From: Octopus vulgaris
Lineage: Eukaryota
Direction of reading: 5' to 3'
Assembly (NCBI GenBank): GCA_951406725.2
Contig: OX597819.1
Location: forward strand, 85,994,001-86,058,000
DNA: 64,000 nt
Positions 13,675-26,929 of this stretch are shown here, piece by piece. Numbering within the stretch: position 1 is the stretch's first letter; every line of letters starts with the position of its first letter. A program made the translations under genes and the position numbers. The notes beneath the pieces are model-generated. The model was given only the letters and a program-made list of their open reading frames with translations. It was not told the DNA's origin and did not search any database.

Positions 13675-13693
13675 ACTATCTATCTATCTATCT
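13601..13693. repeat. (TCTA)n microsatellite
   Basis: Direct reading. Confidence 0.95.
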
Positions 13694-13710
13694 CAATAGT
13701 AATAATAATC

Positions 13711-14366
13711 ATTTCTACTAAAGGCGCAAGGCCTGAAATTTTTTTTGGGCGGAGGACTAGTCGATTACATTGACCCCAGTGTTTTACTGTTACTTAATTT
13801 ATTGACCCCAAAAGGATGAAAAGCAAAGTTATAGTCGGTGGAATTTGAACTCAAAAACGTAGCGATGGCGAAAATATCGCTAAGCATTTCGTTCAGCATG
13901 CTAACGATTCTGCCATCTCGCATATATCAATAATAATAATAATAATAATCATCCTTTCTAAGGCGACGAGCTGGCAGAATCGTTAGAACGCCGGGTGAAA
14001 TGTTTAGCGGAATTTCGTCTGTCTTTATGTTCTGAGTCAAACTTCCACCGAGGTCGACTTTGCCTTTTATCCTTTCGGGGTTGATTAAATAAGTACCAGT
14101 TACGCACTGAGGTCGATATAATCCACTTAATCTGTTTGTCCGTCCTATTCCTTTACTACCCACAAGGAGCTAAACACAGAGAGGACAAAGAAGGACAGAC
14201 AAACCGATTAAGTCGATTATATCGACCCCAGTGCGTAACTGGTACTTATTTAATCGACCCCGAAAGGATGATAGGCAAAGTCGATCTCGGTGGAATTTGA
14301 ACTCAGAACGTAGCGGTAGGCGAATACCGCTACGCCCGGCATGCTAACGATTCTGCCAGCTCACCT
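13711..14366. mobile_element. Cluster of three family-A SINEs: minus (13711-13922), plus (13962-14143), minus (14144-14366)
   Basis: Same core as 2191-2588 in alternating orientation, separated and flanked by (AAT)n. Confidence 0.85.
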
Positions 14367-14406
<40 letters not shown>

Positions 14407-16319
14407 TACATTCTCGTTTTATTTTGTATTTCTTTTGGAATTTTGCTCATTGGGTTATGGACATCCTAGGCAATATTTTAGTTAATAATGAAGGTTTCAC
14501 AACTCAGCCTTGTACATTAGTTTCTCACTGATTGAAATAGAACTTAAAAATATCTATTTTGTGAACCAATTTACTGTTTTACATCTGCATACACGAAATA
14601 AAGCGAAAATAGATATTATGCCACATCCTAGTATAATATATTTTTACCTAAGTTGCAGTTTAAATAAGTTTTCCATAAGTATTAATGAATACTATCACCA
14701 GGATACATTATTGTAAGGACTATGTAATGTTGTAAATGTTACTTCACATGCAAATAAGGACTGCCAAAAGTGGTTTGTGCATAGAATTTTAGACATATGA
14801 GATGCAAAAACTACCTCTTGTGTATACTATATATACTTTATCTATTACCTTTTCACTCACACTACTAAGTGCCAAAAGTGTTACGTGCTTATTTCACGTA
14901 ACCTTTTACATTTAGAATCTTAGATGTATGGGACGTAATATTACCTCTCGTATTTGAATGTATAAATCATTTATTACCTTTTAACCTGCACCACTAAATA
15001 AAGATATTTACAGAATGGTTACAACAGTTTTTCAGATGTTATCACTGCCTGAATGTAAAGAAGAAGAAAGGAAGTAAATTCAAAACAAATTTTGAGGCTA
15101 TGGACATTTATATATTGCAAATATACATTACCAATGCGAACAAGATTTACCCATATAAACAATATTTTTCTCTTTCCTTTGCCTTAAAAGACTTCTTTGA
15201 ATATATTATACACTAATGTATAATTGTCGTGTTCGCATGTATATTGAATAGGAGGAAAAAGTTTGTATCTGCTACGAACATCGTCTTAACGAGAAATGAA
15301 ACTTTTAAGCTAAAGCTGCCATGAATAAACGTTTTTACTCTTATACGATTTATCTAGTCTTTTTCTGGTGTGTACTAATCGATATGACTATTAAGTTAAC
15401 TATAAGTTGTAAAAGCAGAATAGTATACTTCTTTCCAGTTACCCTGGTATACCTTAAAAATTGCAAAAGAATTGACAGGCTCAGTATTGAAATGTTATTG
15501 TTTTGTGAGGAAGCTATGCCTGGGATCATAGCTACAGATATATTCCAAAAGTACTCTAGTTTGCAACAAATGCAAATATTTGAATTTTTCTCTGTCTTAA
15601 GCTTCCTACAGTTTTGTGTTCTCTGTACCAAAATTCGTTTTCCCTCTTTGAATGTCGACAAACATACATATCTGGTAAAAGTATCAGTTGCGTGTTGTTT
15701 TTTTAAAATTTTTATTGCATGTGTTTTAAAATACAATAAAATATTAGATTACATAATCATTGTACCCGCTTACGACAACATTATTGCGATTTGGAAATAC
15801 GAGGATTTGATATACTAAAACATGTTATATCTAAGGATAACAAAACAAGATATATATTTCAAATTGACTATGAGTAATGTATACACACATCCGCACACAC
15901 ACACACACACATACACACACACAAAGGTCTATATTATATATATGCGTGTGTGTATATGTGTTGTGTGTGTGTACGTAGGCATACATGTATTTACAAAATC
16001 TGGACGAAATGATGGAAAAAATACTGTTCATTTGTAACATGACAAATTCGAAACTGTCTATACATAAGGGTTTATATACATTTTGGATGTTGTGTACATC
16101 ATGATACAGGCTTATGTCTTTCTATCTCTGCAGATAATTTATATATAAGTAAGTTAAAATGAATGAACTATTTCATTTCCAAAAAGAAAAGATTTTGAAG
16201 CACGGATAACTGGAACTCCATTCACTAAAACTTCTCATTGTTTACTGTTTCAAGAGAAAACATCTCGAAAATCAAGTTAGATTTCAAAACCAAGTCAAAA
16301 CAAGTTTAAGTAATTCAGT

Positions 16320-16830
16320 ATCTGTTCGCATTTTTTCTAGTGTTAGTTTCTCTCAGAGGGTTCGTTGTTGTTCTAGTTCATCTGGAATGGGTTTGGTTTG
16401 GAGTTTTCGTGGCACGATTAACGGTGTTGATCGATTTTTCATATATTTGTGCCTTATTATCATTTTTTACCATGTTCCAGAATGTGAGTTTTCTGGTGTC
16501 GAGGTCTTTGGACCAAGTGTATCTAATGCGGTTAGGTATGCTAAAATTGGTGTGTTTTCATTTGGGGTGGGTGATTTTTGTAGTGTATCTTTTATGGCAT
16601 TGTTTGTGAAAATGCTGGTAAAGAATTGGTTTAATGTAGTGCATAGTTCACTTAGATTTTGACTGATCTTCTCTGTAGATTGCTTTCTTTGAAAGTTTTC
16701 TAAGTCTTCGTGGGTCCGATGGTATAGTCCATCGATTTTGTTGGTTAGAGTGACTAAATTTGTGTTAATTTCTTTTAATTCCTTAAGGATGTCCTCGTTA
16801 GTAATTATATCCTATGAGGTGGATGTAGGT
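16320..16830 (-). mobile_element. Probable retroelement ORF fragment (possibly a Penelope-like N-terminal region)
   Basis: A-rich, nearly open minus frame (NEDILKELKEINTNL...NRSTPLIVPRKLQTKPIPDELEQQRTL); assignment by resemblance only. Confidence 0.35.
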
Positions 16831-17059
16831 TTTGCAAGCATTTTGTGTACTACGTGAGGCAAATAGTAAAGATATGAAGATATAAAAGTAGCAAAAATAC
16901 TGGAGGTTCAGTATACACCACATGGTAAAATTATGAGTTGGAAATATGTGGAAAACATATAAAAAGTGGAAGAGAACTGCCTTCATTTCACATAGATTAA
17001 TATCTTTTCATAAAGAGTTTATACATATATATATACATACATACACACATATATATATA

Positions 17060-18435
17060 CAGTATCTCACAGAAGTATGTACACCCCCTAACAAATTCAG
17101 TAAAATTGCCATTACTCTGAGAATATGAAAGGAAATTAATGCTGAATGAAATATATTATACATGCAAGCATTATACAAATGTGGAACACAACACAATAAA
17201 CATTTTCAAAGATATGAACGAAATATTAATTTTCAGACGTTACAAAAATATGTATACTCTAAAGGAAATTTTCTATATTCAATATTCTATCCACTTTTTT
17301 TTTTACTAAATTCAGATCTTGCTGATAATTTCAATTGTAATAAATTATATCCCCTGGCATTTTTGCACCGGTCATTGTTATTGCATCTGCAGGAAAATCT
17401 TCACTGTGATTAAAATGCCACCAAAAGGAAACAAAATGTGTGAAGATTTGAAAAAAGATTTTTTAAATTTGCACAAGAATGGTTTAGAATACAAGCTCAT
17501 TAGCAAACAAATACATATTAGTGTAAATTGGACGGCTAAGTAATAAACATCGTCCAGGTCATCCTAATTTAACTGCACGTGATATTTGCTACATCCAACG
17601 TTGCATGATGGACGACAGGCGTCGTACCGTTTAATCTCTGGTCCAAGAAGTGTATTCTGTTAGTGAAAAGAATGTATCTGCCCAAACAGTTCGCCGAAGT
17701 TCGAACCAGTGTGGTCTTCATAGACACATTCCTCGTAGAAAGTCTCCTCAATGGAGGTATAAATCAAGTCGTTTTTCTTTTGCCGAAACCTTTGTAAGAC
17801 GAAGGGGTTTGGGAGCAGAATTATTTTTTTCCTGACGAGACTAAAATCAATTTGGTTTGGTCAGATTGCTTAAACGAGTATGACGACAACCAGGTGAAGT
17901 TAAAAGCGACGTATGCACCGTGCCTACCGTCAAACACGGCAGCAGAAGTATTATGCTTTGGGGATTCATGATGACTAAGTTTTTATCAGATAAAGAAAAG
18001 GTATTGACTTGGCCTTCCATGTATCTGATTTAAACCCAATAGAATATATGTGGGGCGTTTTGAAAAGGAAGGTTGAAGAGGAAAAACCCCGCAATGTAAT
18101 ACAGTTGAAAGACATCATTCATCGGTTATATGCGGAAATTTAGTCGACTCTATGCCCATAAGATTTAATGCAGTCATTGAAAGCAAGTGTAGTCACATCA
18201 AATATTGAATATAGCAAATAATGCTTTAGGGTATACATATTTTGTATCATTTTAAAATTAATGTTTGGTTCATATCTTTGAAAATGTTTATTATTTCGTG
18301 TTCCAAATTTGTATTATGTTTGCATGTATAATATATTTACTCAATATAAATTTCGTTTGACTTCCTTTCATATTATCATATAATGGCAATTTTACTGAAA
18401 GTGTTTTGAGGTGTACATACTTCCGTGAGATAATG
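17060..18435 (+). mobile_element. Tc1-like transposon with ~200-bp IR/DR-type TIRs and TA TSD
   Basis: CAGTATCTCACAGAAGTATGTACACC... mirrored by ...GGTGTACATACTTCCGTGAGATAATG; inner repeat of the TATGTA(C/T)AC motif at ~17250 and ~18230; TA on both sides. Confidence 0.9.
17415..18208 (+). pseudogene. Tc1 DD34E transposase, internally deleted and decayed
   Basis: MPPKGNKMCEDLKK...LHKNGLEYKLISK, DETKINL, PTVKHGSRSIMLWG, WPS..DLNPIEYMWGVLKRKV. Confidence 0.85.
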
Positions 18436-19694
18436 TATAATAAAAGATAGATAAATCTCCTTCACATTATACCTACGGTGTTAAAATATATGAAATTACT
18501 GGATAAAGAAATTTATATTAAAATATGCAGTCACTGCTTGAATACTGGGTAAATAATGTTATTTCGTCACAAAGTTTGAGTAGTCAGTGATGTCTAATTG
18601 TATGTGTATGACAGTTACTCTCATAAGAAGCTACTTATTTTAAGATCTCAGAGTCTATTTCAATCAAATGACTGAAACAAGTATAAAATAAAAGATAAAC
18701 CATATGACATTCACGCTTTTTATGTTAATTTAGGACTCAAAGTCTAAACAAACTGTAAAGATGTACGTATAACCCCCTACCTTCACTTTATTTTCGGTAC
18801 TTTATGATACTTTTCCCATTCTTTATTTACTAAGTGGTATCCCGTACTAGAAGAGGCACTGGTACAGAAGCACTTCCATAGGGGCGTTAATGCAAATATT
18901 TGATTTTTCGGTCTATAACATTAATTTGTTTACTACTATTTACAAATAACACCACAGAATATCGCAACGCAAATGTATTCTCACACCTGTGTGTGAATTC
19001 ATATGTATGACTCACGTATTTTATTACATTCGCTTTAATGACGCTATGATTACCAATCTTTTATGCCAGTATCTTAACAACATCAATCTAAACTCAACCG
19101 TTATGTGTATATAATGGAATCTTGAGCATATTACAGATGTAAGTGTCTTTGGTATAGATAAGTTAATTTCTTAACTGATTATCGAAACGAATCGTATAGA
19201 TGTTCAATATGGTTTATTTTGAATTGGATAAGAAAACAAGTTTCATTGGGTAGAAGATTTGCTTGTTACATGTTTTTTTTTTTTCCCGGGAGAAACTTAG
19301 TTAATGACTGAATTCAAAGTAATAGTTGTAAACTGCCTATTATTTTAAATTGCTTATAACCGTCAATTTTACCTTTAATGACGTCTACTTAACACTGTTT
19401 GATTTAACTGTTGAAATCTACGTTTCTTCAGATCTACAAGTTGTTTCGTGGCTTATCTACTTAGATATCTACGAACTATAGTTTTAAGAAATCACTAAAT
19501 TTCTATAAATATGGGATTATTAATGAAGGAAACAATGAATGGGGTATATGCAAAAAGAAGTAATATGACCTAATACGTGTAACACATGTCTTCAAATTTT
19601 AAAAATATATCCTCATTTCAATAATTATGTCATTGTGAGATGATGTTATGGCAACGATTATCCTACCCTGAAATATTCTACATATGATCAATTA

Positions 19695-22551
19695 CTCTGG
19701 TCAATAAAAATAAAATATTTGAAATGATGTCGAGATACCAAACATCTTTTTTTTTAGCTAATTTGAGAGTGCTGAATCTGAAAATAACCTTACTTTTTCT
19801 TGGTTAGCTACCGCTTTTGCTGTACAGAAATGCCTCGTTTTTGGAAAAAAAACATTTTTTTCATTTGTTTTCTGTATACTTGATATTGATCGATGGCAAT
19901 ATTTCTCAAAGTAAAATCGTAGAAACCTCTCAATTCGTATTTAAACCAACAAATATTGGTCTGTCTATTGAGAAATACTATTTTTGCAATAACAATTAAA
20001 CCCTAAGTCTTTAAAAATAACACGATTGAATATACAAAGACCATCAAGCATTTTCATAAAATCATTAAATAAACTAACAGCAGAAATTAAATCTTCGTGA
20101 ACATAAGAACTATGGTAAAAATGTTTTCTTTCTTGATTGACAGTCATGTTCAATGTTATTTAAGCCCCTTTTGATACTCCAGCAGTAGTCAACCATCATT
20201 CCTCTGTCCCACCGTCCCTGGTAGTGCTTTTCCATTGTTTTCATATCCTGATGGAATCCTTCTCCTTGCTCATCACTCACATTGCCGCAATTATCTGGAA
20301 ATTCATCTAGATGGCTATGTAAAATGAACCTTCATACTCATATAAGTGTCTATGTCCTGTACACTTTTCAACAGCTTTTCCACTAACTCCTTGTAGTTTT
20401 CGGCCCGGCGATTGCCTAAGAAGTTTTTCGCCGCGTCAACAAACGATGTCCAAGCACGTAATTCCAAGTCATTCATTGAATTAACAAATTAATCATCCTT
20501 AATGAGTTTTCTGATATCAGGACCATCAAAAATTCCTGCATTGAGTTTTTCGGTGCTAAGTCCTGGAAACGAGTTACATATATACTCAAAACATTTACTT
20601 TCTTTGTCGTGTGATTTTACATACTGTTTCATTAATTCCAATTTGATATGCAAAGGAGGGAACATGATTTTTCTTTCGGAACTAGCGCTGCACTAATAAC
20701 GTTCTTTTCACTGACCTTCAACTCTCGGGGTGGCCACTCTTTCCTTTTCCAGTGCTCCTTTTTTTCTCTATTGTCCCACATACACAAAAAACATTGGAAT
20801 TTCGTGTAGCCACTTTGTTGGCCAAACAGGAAATTTACAATTTTCAAATCGAATGTAGTCAATCTGTTCCATAACCCTTTTGATGGCATCGTATTTTTCT
20901 TTCAGTGTTGTTGAATGTCCTATAGGTATTGGCGCATACATATTGGTATTATGGAGCAAAACACATTTCAAACTACGTTTTGAACAATCAATGAACGATC
21001 TCCTTTCATCAGGATCGTGTTTGTGGACGCCTAGTCGAAGAAGAACGCTCTCAACGTCATTGCAATGAACAAGATTCGTGTTCTCCTTAAGGAATGGTAC
21101 AAATTCGGCATCCCTATTTCGATAGAATGTTACCTTTGTGCCTTTTGCTAACAGGTGTTTTTCATTGAGCCTAGACGTCAAAAGTTCTGCAGATGCTTTG
21201 CTTACATTTAAGTCTCGAACCAAATCATGCATTTAGTTAAACAGCTGATGTTGGCTTAAACAGCTCTGGCACAGTTTCGGGAACATAGTCAGGATCATTT
21301 TCGCTGTGTCTCTCATTTACATCAGTGTCAGACTCGTCACTTTCAACAAGTTTCAACAAATTTGCGTGTAAAACTGTGATTGGCAAATCATCTGAATGCG
21401 GCACTGGTCGAATAGCGGAATGAAGACTGGGATAGTCGATAGATCTGCGTTTCTTTTGGTTCAGTCCTTCAACACTGACTGAACAGAAGTAAAATTAGTC
21501 AGAGTGGTTCTTTGGCTCACGCCAGATCATAGGTATAGCGAATCTCAGCGATTTTCGGGTACCTGAAGTCCACTGTCTCATGTGTTCCAAACATGCCTTA
21601 CAAAAACAATGTGAGGAGCCCATGGTTTGTCCTGATCACCAAGATTGGCGTGAAAGTAAGCACGACAGACTTTCTTGTAAAAGTCAGATATCGGTTTCCT
21701 GTTGTCTTTCGGTGTGAACTCGCCGCATGTATAGCAAAATAAGTCGGGATCATTTTTGCATCCTCTCGTTGAAGTCGTGTCATTTGATATCTATCTCTAT
21801 GATTAAAAAAGAACATAAGTTGGTTGAGCATTTACATTACACATTGCGTGTTCACATTTAAGTAATTTGATCTTTTCCTGATTTCCTACGGAAAGACTCG
21901 TAAAAGTGTCAATATCAAAAGACGGAAAGAGTCCGTATCTTCGTAATACCGTGTGAAGGGCAGATGCTATGGTGAAACCATTTTCATGATGTTCATCATG
22001 TAGAATGGAATAGGTGCATTCAATTGGGATGTCTTTAGTTGGATTCTTTTTTTCCAACTGTGAAAACAAAAACTCTTAATGTGCATGGTTTCCTTTCGTG
22101 TTGAAAGGATAAAAGTGATGGGAGAAATTTATGAATATCGAACAGAAGATTTTAGGGTTTCCTTTGTTTTGATGTCACCTTAATTCTCAGGTTTACTAAA
22201 GTGTATTACTGATAAAGTTCGTCAGTTAATTTGAATTTTGGCAATAAATTAGAAAAGTTTGGTACTTCTATTTAAAATTTTTGACTGAAAACACTTTTTT
22301 TTATAAAAATAGTTTATTTCAGGCGGCTGACATAAATTACTTGGCTTACCTGAAAATTCATGGGTTTCTATTACATTTTTTAAACTAAATTTTGTGATCA
22401 ACCAAGATCGGAAATTGATCTTTTTCCAAAAATGAACAATTTCAGTGCAGCAAAAACGGTAGCTAACCATGAAAAAATAAGGTCATTTTCGGAATCAGCA
22501 CCATCAAATTAGCTAAAAAAAAAAACGTGTTTTGTTTCGTGTTGACCAGTG
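19695..22551 (-). mobile_element. Full-length Chapaev3-type (CMC) DNA transposon with TTA TSD
   Basis: Termini C(T)CTGGTCAA.../...TTGACCAGTG, imperfect TIRs of roughly 130-170 bp (TTAGCTAATTTGA..GTGCTGA.TC.GAAAAT.ACCT), TTA at 19692-19694 and 22552-22554. Confidence 0.85.
20110..21783 (-). pseudogene. Chapaev3-like transposase, frameshifted
   Basis: FCYTCGEF, LGDQDKPWAPH, IWREPKNH, DLVRDLNVSKASAELLTSRL, FIDCSKRSLKCVLLHN, QQSGYTKFQCFLCMWD, PPLHIKL, SDEQGEGFHQD, YQGRW, DYCW. Confidence 0.85.
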
Positions 22552-22699
22552 TTATCAAATTATGACAGAGCAATTAAATGGAGTTGTCTCTTGAAACATG
22601 GTAAATAAACCTTCAGTTTATTTAATTTTTTATTTCCATAATAGTCTTAATTTTTCATAACGCTGGGGAATTCTGAAGCTTTTTAGTTGCTTTGGTTTT

Positions 22700-23440
22700 G
22701 CCAAACTATTGTTTTTCTTCACTTTTCAGTCATTTGATTGCGACCTTTTTACTAGCCTGTATTGCCCATTCAATTTTCTGATTATTACCTAATTTTTCAG
22801 TTGTATCATTAACTTATTCAGTTTCCCCAGTTTTTCCCGTATTTTTAGCAGCTGCATTCTCATCCTCTTCCTCCTATTTAGTTCCTTGTTTTCCTTCCCC
22901 CTCCTCTTCTTCAACAGTCTTCCTCTTATGTCAGCTAAAACATTAGCAGTAGCTGGTTTGTTTCTTTAATGAATGGTTTTGTAGTCAAGCTCAAAATGGC
23001 ATTTACTTTGAATGTGGCTCCTTAATTTTCTTCTGTCCATATACCTTACATTTTATGAAACTCCATTGGTCGTACCTTGCATTTTCATGCGCACCATTTC
23101 TAGAATCTCCTTTTCTTCATCATCCACTCTTATGCAACACTTACTGCCACTTGTCCAGCTAAATTACCTTCACTATTTACTTCTTAGGCATTCTCAAGCA
23201 CATGGCGATTTTCTCTTAATTTTCTTCATCTCTTATCCCTTCATTACCACTTTCTGCTAATGTTGTTCCACACTCTTCCTGTTTATTTTCTTATTCTTCT
23301 GTGAATTTCTTCAAACTCTGATCTTGTAAACCAATCGTTTATACGACTACCCTTCCCTGGTTTATAAATCGTTGGTAAGAAGCTTCAAAACCTTCCTTTT
23401 ATCTCATATTCCCTTCATTCATTTCATGAAACCTCTTTTA
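22700..23440 (-). mobile_element. Highly decayed retroelement-like fragment
   Basis: Purine-rich minus strand with coding-like pieces but many stops; family not determinable. Confidence 0.3.
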
Positions 23441-23723
23441 ATTGGTTCACTTCTCAGTAACATACAATCACAATCATGTTTACCTATTTTTTCCCATTTC
23501 ATGTTTTTCCGTTTGCACTTTTGACTTCGATTCTGGTCCTGATCAATGGTTTGATGACGACTTACCGTACATTATCAGACACTCTTTGCTTGTCGTGCAC
23601 AACAACTTACCTGTTAGCAGTTCTGGTCTCGTTAACGCAGTTAAGATTATTACTTGAATTTGACGTCACTCATTTTGAGGTAATATTTATAAGGAGGCAA
23701 TCACCAGTATTTTTATCATAACA

Positions 23724-23957
23724 CCTATTTCTTTACTACCCACAAGGGGCTAAACACAGAGGGGACAAACAAGGAAAGACAAACGGATTAAGTCGATTAC
23801 ATCGACCCCAGTGCGTAACTGGTACTTATTTAATCGACCCCGAAAGGATGAAAGGCAAAGTCGACCTCGACGGAATTTGGACTCAGAACGTAGCTTTAGA
23901 CGAAATACGGCTACGCATTTCGCCCGGCGTGCTAACGTTTCTGCCAGCTCGCCGCCT
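23724..23957 (-). mobile_element. SINE family A, full length, low divergence
   Basis: Reverse complement of GGCGGCGAGCTGGCAGAAACGTTAGCACGCCGGGCG...GTGGGTAGTAAAGAAATAGG. Confidence 0.9.
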
Positions 23958-24710
23958 TATTTTTATCATAACACTATCACACGTTGCATTGCCAACCATG
24001 ACTCAGTGAGTCCAAACCTACCCTCATATACACTCTGATGAATGGCTGTTGACTCTCATGAGTTCATCTGCCCTTCAACGGGACTTGTTTTGCTCCTGCA
24101 TCCACCATCCTCTTCGCTGAGAACTCTTTGTGGGTTTGGCGCTTTAGTTCCTGACGACCCGGCCATTGCAGTGTTTATTGTAAACCAAATTACAAGATAC
24201 ACTCATTAATACCAGAAGCTCGCAAGGCACACTCTCTAGACCAACACAATAATGCAAGCACAACATATAAAACTACAAAACCTCCTACCCCTCAGTTCCC
24301 ACTATCACTGCTTGATCTAACACATCTATCTTCATTTTCTTTATCAGCATTATTATTACTCTACTTATAATAATAATTATCACCATCCTCATCACGGCTA
24401 CTATTGCAATTACATGTTACTAACACTTCTAATTTTATACTCACTATCACTACAAACTATGACTATCACTATTTTTATCATCTTTAGCACAATCTTTGTC
24501 AAGATTTCTGTTATAGGTAGCGAGAGATGGATTCAGCGAGTACATCGCCAAAACACCAGCAAGTTTTCAACGTTAGAGATATAAGTAAAACAAAGTAGAA
24601 ATATAACCTATCATCTGAAATTTGATGCGAAAAAGAAAACAAATTAACAAACATTGCCATACTGTTATTCTACATGCAAAAGAAGTAAACAAATGATTTT
24701 ACCTGATTTT

Positions 24711-24711
<1 letters not shown>

Positions 24712-24795
<84 letters not shown>

Positions 24796-24808
24796 GTTAT
24801 TATTATTA

Positions 24809-24887
<79 letters not shown>

Positions 24888-24915
24888 CATCATCATCATC
24901 ATTATTATTATTATT
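24712..24915. repeat. (AAT)n/(ATT)n compound microsatellite
   Basis: Direct reading; strand switch near 24752. Confidence 0.95.
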
Positions 24916-26770
24916 CAGTAGTCATATTTTTATCATGTGCTTTCACGGCACTGCCAATCGCCGCTCTGTGTGCCTTGGGTATCTGTTGTAGTTTGTTGTG
25001 ATGTCCTTATTTTTACTGTATTGAAAGTGCTTTACATAGGATGTGTGCGGTGCCTAGAAGTGCTATCTATATATGTTGTATATATTAGCTAGTTGTAGTG
25101 ATCTTCTTATGTAGTTAATGCGTCTACTGCGATTGGAATTGTTTCTGTTTCTAGACTCCACATTCTATTTCCAAATCTTTGTATTTTGAAAGTTTATCCG
25201 CTTTTTAAGAGAAGCTTTGTCATGTGTTGGTATTGATACATCGATTAGAAAGCATATTTTGTTCTTGGTGATCTCTAACAACTATATCTGTCCTATTGGC
25301 CTTAATTTCTCTAAGTGTATTGGCATATGCCAGAATAGGGTTGCTTTCTCATTTCTTGTGACTTTTCTGGCGTGTACTGACTTTTCTAGGAGTTGATCTT
25401 TGGTATCTCTGCACTTACACTTGCAACCCTTCTGCTCATGTGGTAGGACTCCATTTTCTGGTGATTGCTGTTGTCCCTAAACTTTTTCCATATGCTGTCA
25501 GTTCTGTCCTCCACTTCGCCATACTTTTTCCAAGCATTCGCTCAATATTAGATGCAATACCAAACAAGTTTATACATTCCATAATCTACGAATGTAGGAT
25601 CATATCGTACGCCTTGCGATAATCGATCCATGATATGTCTAAATTAGTTTTCCTCCTCTTGAAGTCTCTAAGTACATGTTTGTCTACTAGGAGTTGATCT
25701 TTGGTACCTCTGCACTTACACTTGCAACCCTTCTGCTCATGTGGCAGGACTCCATTTTATCCAGATGTCCGTACGTTGATTCTGTAAATATTCCAGTCAA
25801 TTTCCACATAAGTAGCAAGCAGGATATCGGCCTGTAATTGTCTACCGCATTGCCATTTGCAATGTTTTTCAAGCACACCACTTTCCTAGCCATTGACAAC
25901 CACTCTGGTGCTGCTTGGTCGGTATTTAACAAGGTGAGGAATTGTGCCGCTATTCGTGGATGATATTCACCAAATCTTTTCATCCAGTAGCCTTGAACTC
26001 CATCTAGTCCCAGAGCCTTCCCGTTGCCCATTTTTTGTTGATTTCCTTCACTTCCTTAACCGAGATCACTAGTTCTGCCTGTTTTGGACAGACTACTGTT
26101 TGTTTCAATTCTTGCAACCATTCAGCATCCTTCTTGTGCCCCTTGTCTTTGCCCCAGATGTCACTCCAAACCTTTGACTTTCAATGTTATCTGGTACCAA
26201 CTTTTCCTCTGTACACTCTGCATTTATTTCTTTGTAGAATCTCTTCTGATCTACTCTGAATAACCTATTCTGCTGGTAACCCTTCATTCTTTGGTCGTAT
26301 CTTACCATTTTTGTCTTCTTTGCAACGAGGCGTTGTTTCAGTTTCTCCATTGCCACTTTCAGGTCCTTTCTTTCAATATTATATTTCCTGTTAAGCGCCC
26401 TGTATTTTTGTTCGCATTTAAGCTCCTCCTTTTCTTTTGGACCTGACGAAAAAAAAAAAAATGTCCTTCGAAAGCATTTCTAATCTCACCTGTATTCTTC
26501 TTTTCTACCGTGGATCTTTTCTTTTGTCACTCCCATTATATTTCTTTTTCTTGACATCAACACCAACATTTTCTTCTACAACAATTCTTGCTGCCTTAAT
26601 TAAATTATTTGTTTCTGTGATGTTTTCCGTTTTGATGTATTTCAGAATTTCATTGACATTTTTCGTTTCTTTGTTCAATTTCACTGATCAACCTTTTTAA
26701 GGTTTCAAATAATGTCGCTATCGCTCTGCTGTAGCCTTTCCCTTATTTTGTTGAAGATTGCCTTTTGCAT
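24916..26770 (-). mobile_element. Composite of Dong/R4-like RLE retrotransposon fragments (3' end + RT region)
   Basis: 24916-25375 matches the 3' end of 34447-37551 in reverse; 25500-26770 encodes [61 protein letters not shown]. Confidence 0.85.
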
Positions 26771-26835
26771 ACATACATACATACACACGTGCATACATAC
26801 ATACATATATATATATGTATGAATATATGTATAAA

Positions 26836-26893
<58 letters not shown>

Positions 26894-26929
26894 TATATTT
26901 ATATAATAGGCACACATATACACATACAC

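Noticed and set aside
15321-15818. Overlapping 165-aa and 128-aa ORFs
   Set aside because: No motif; residue composition typical of chance AT-rich frames
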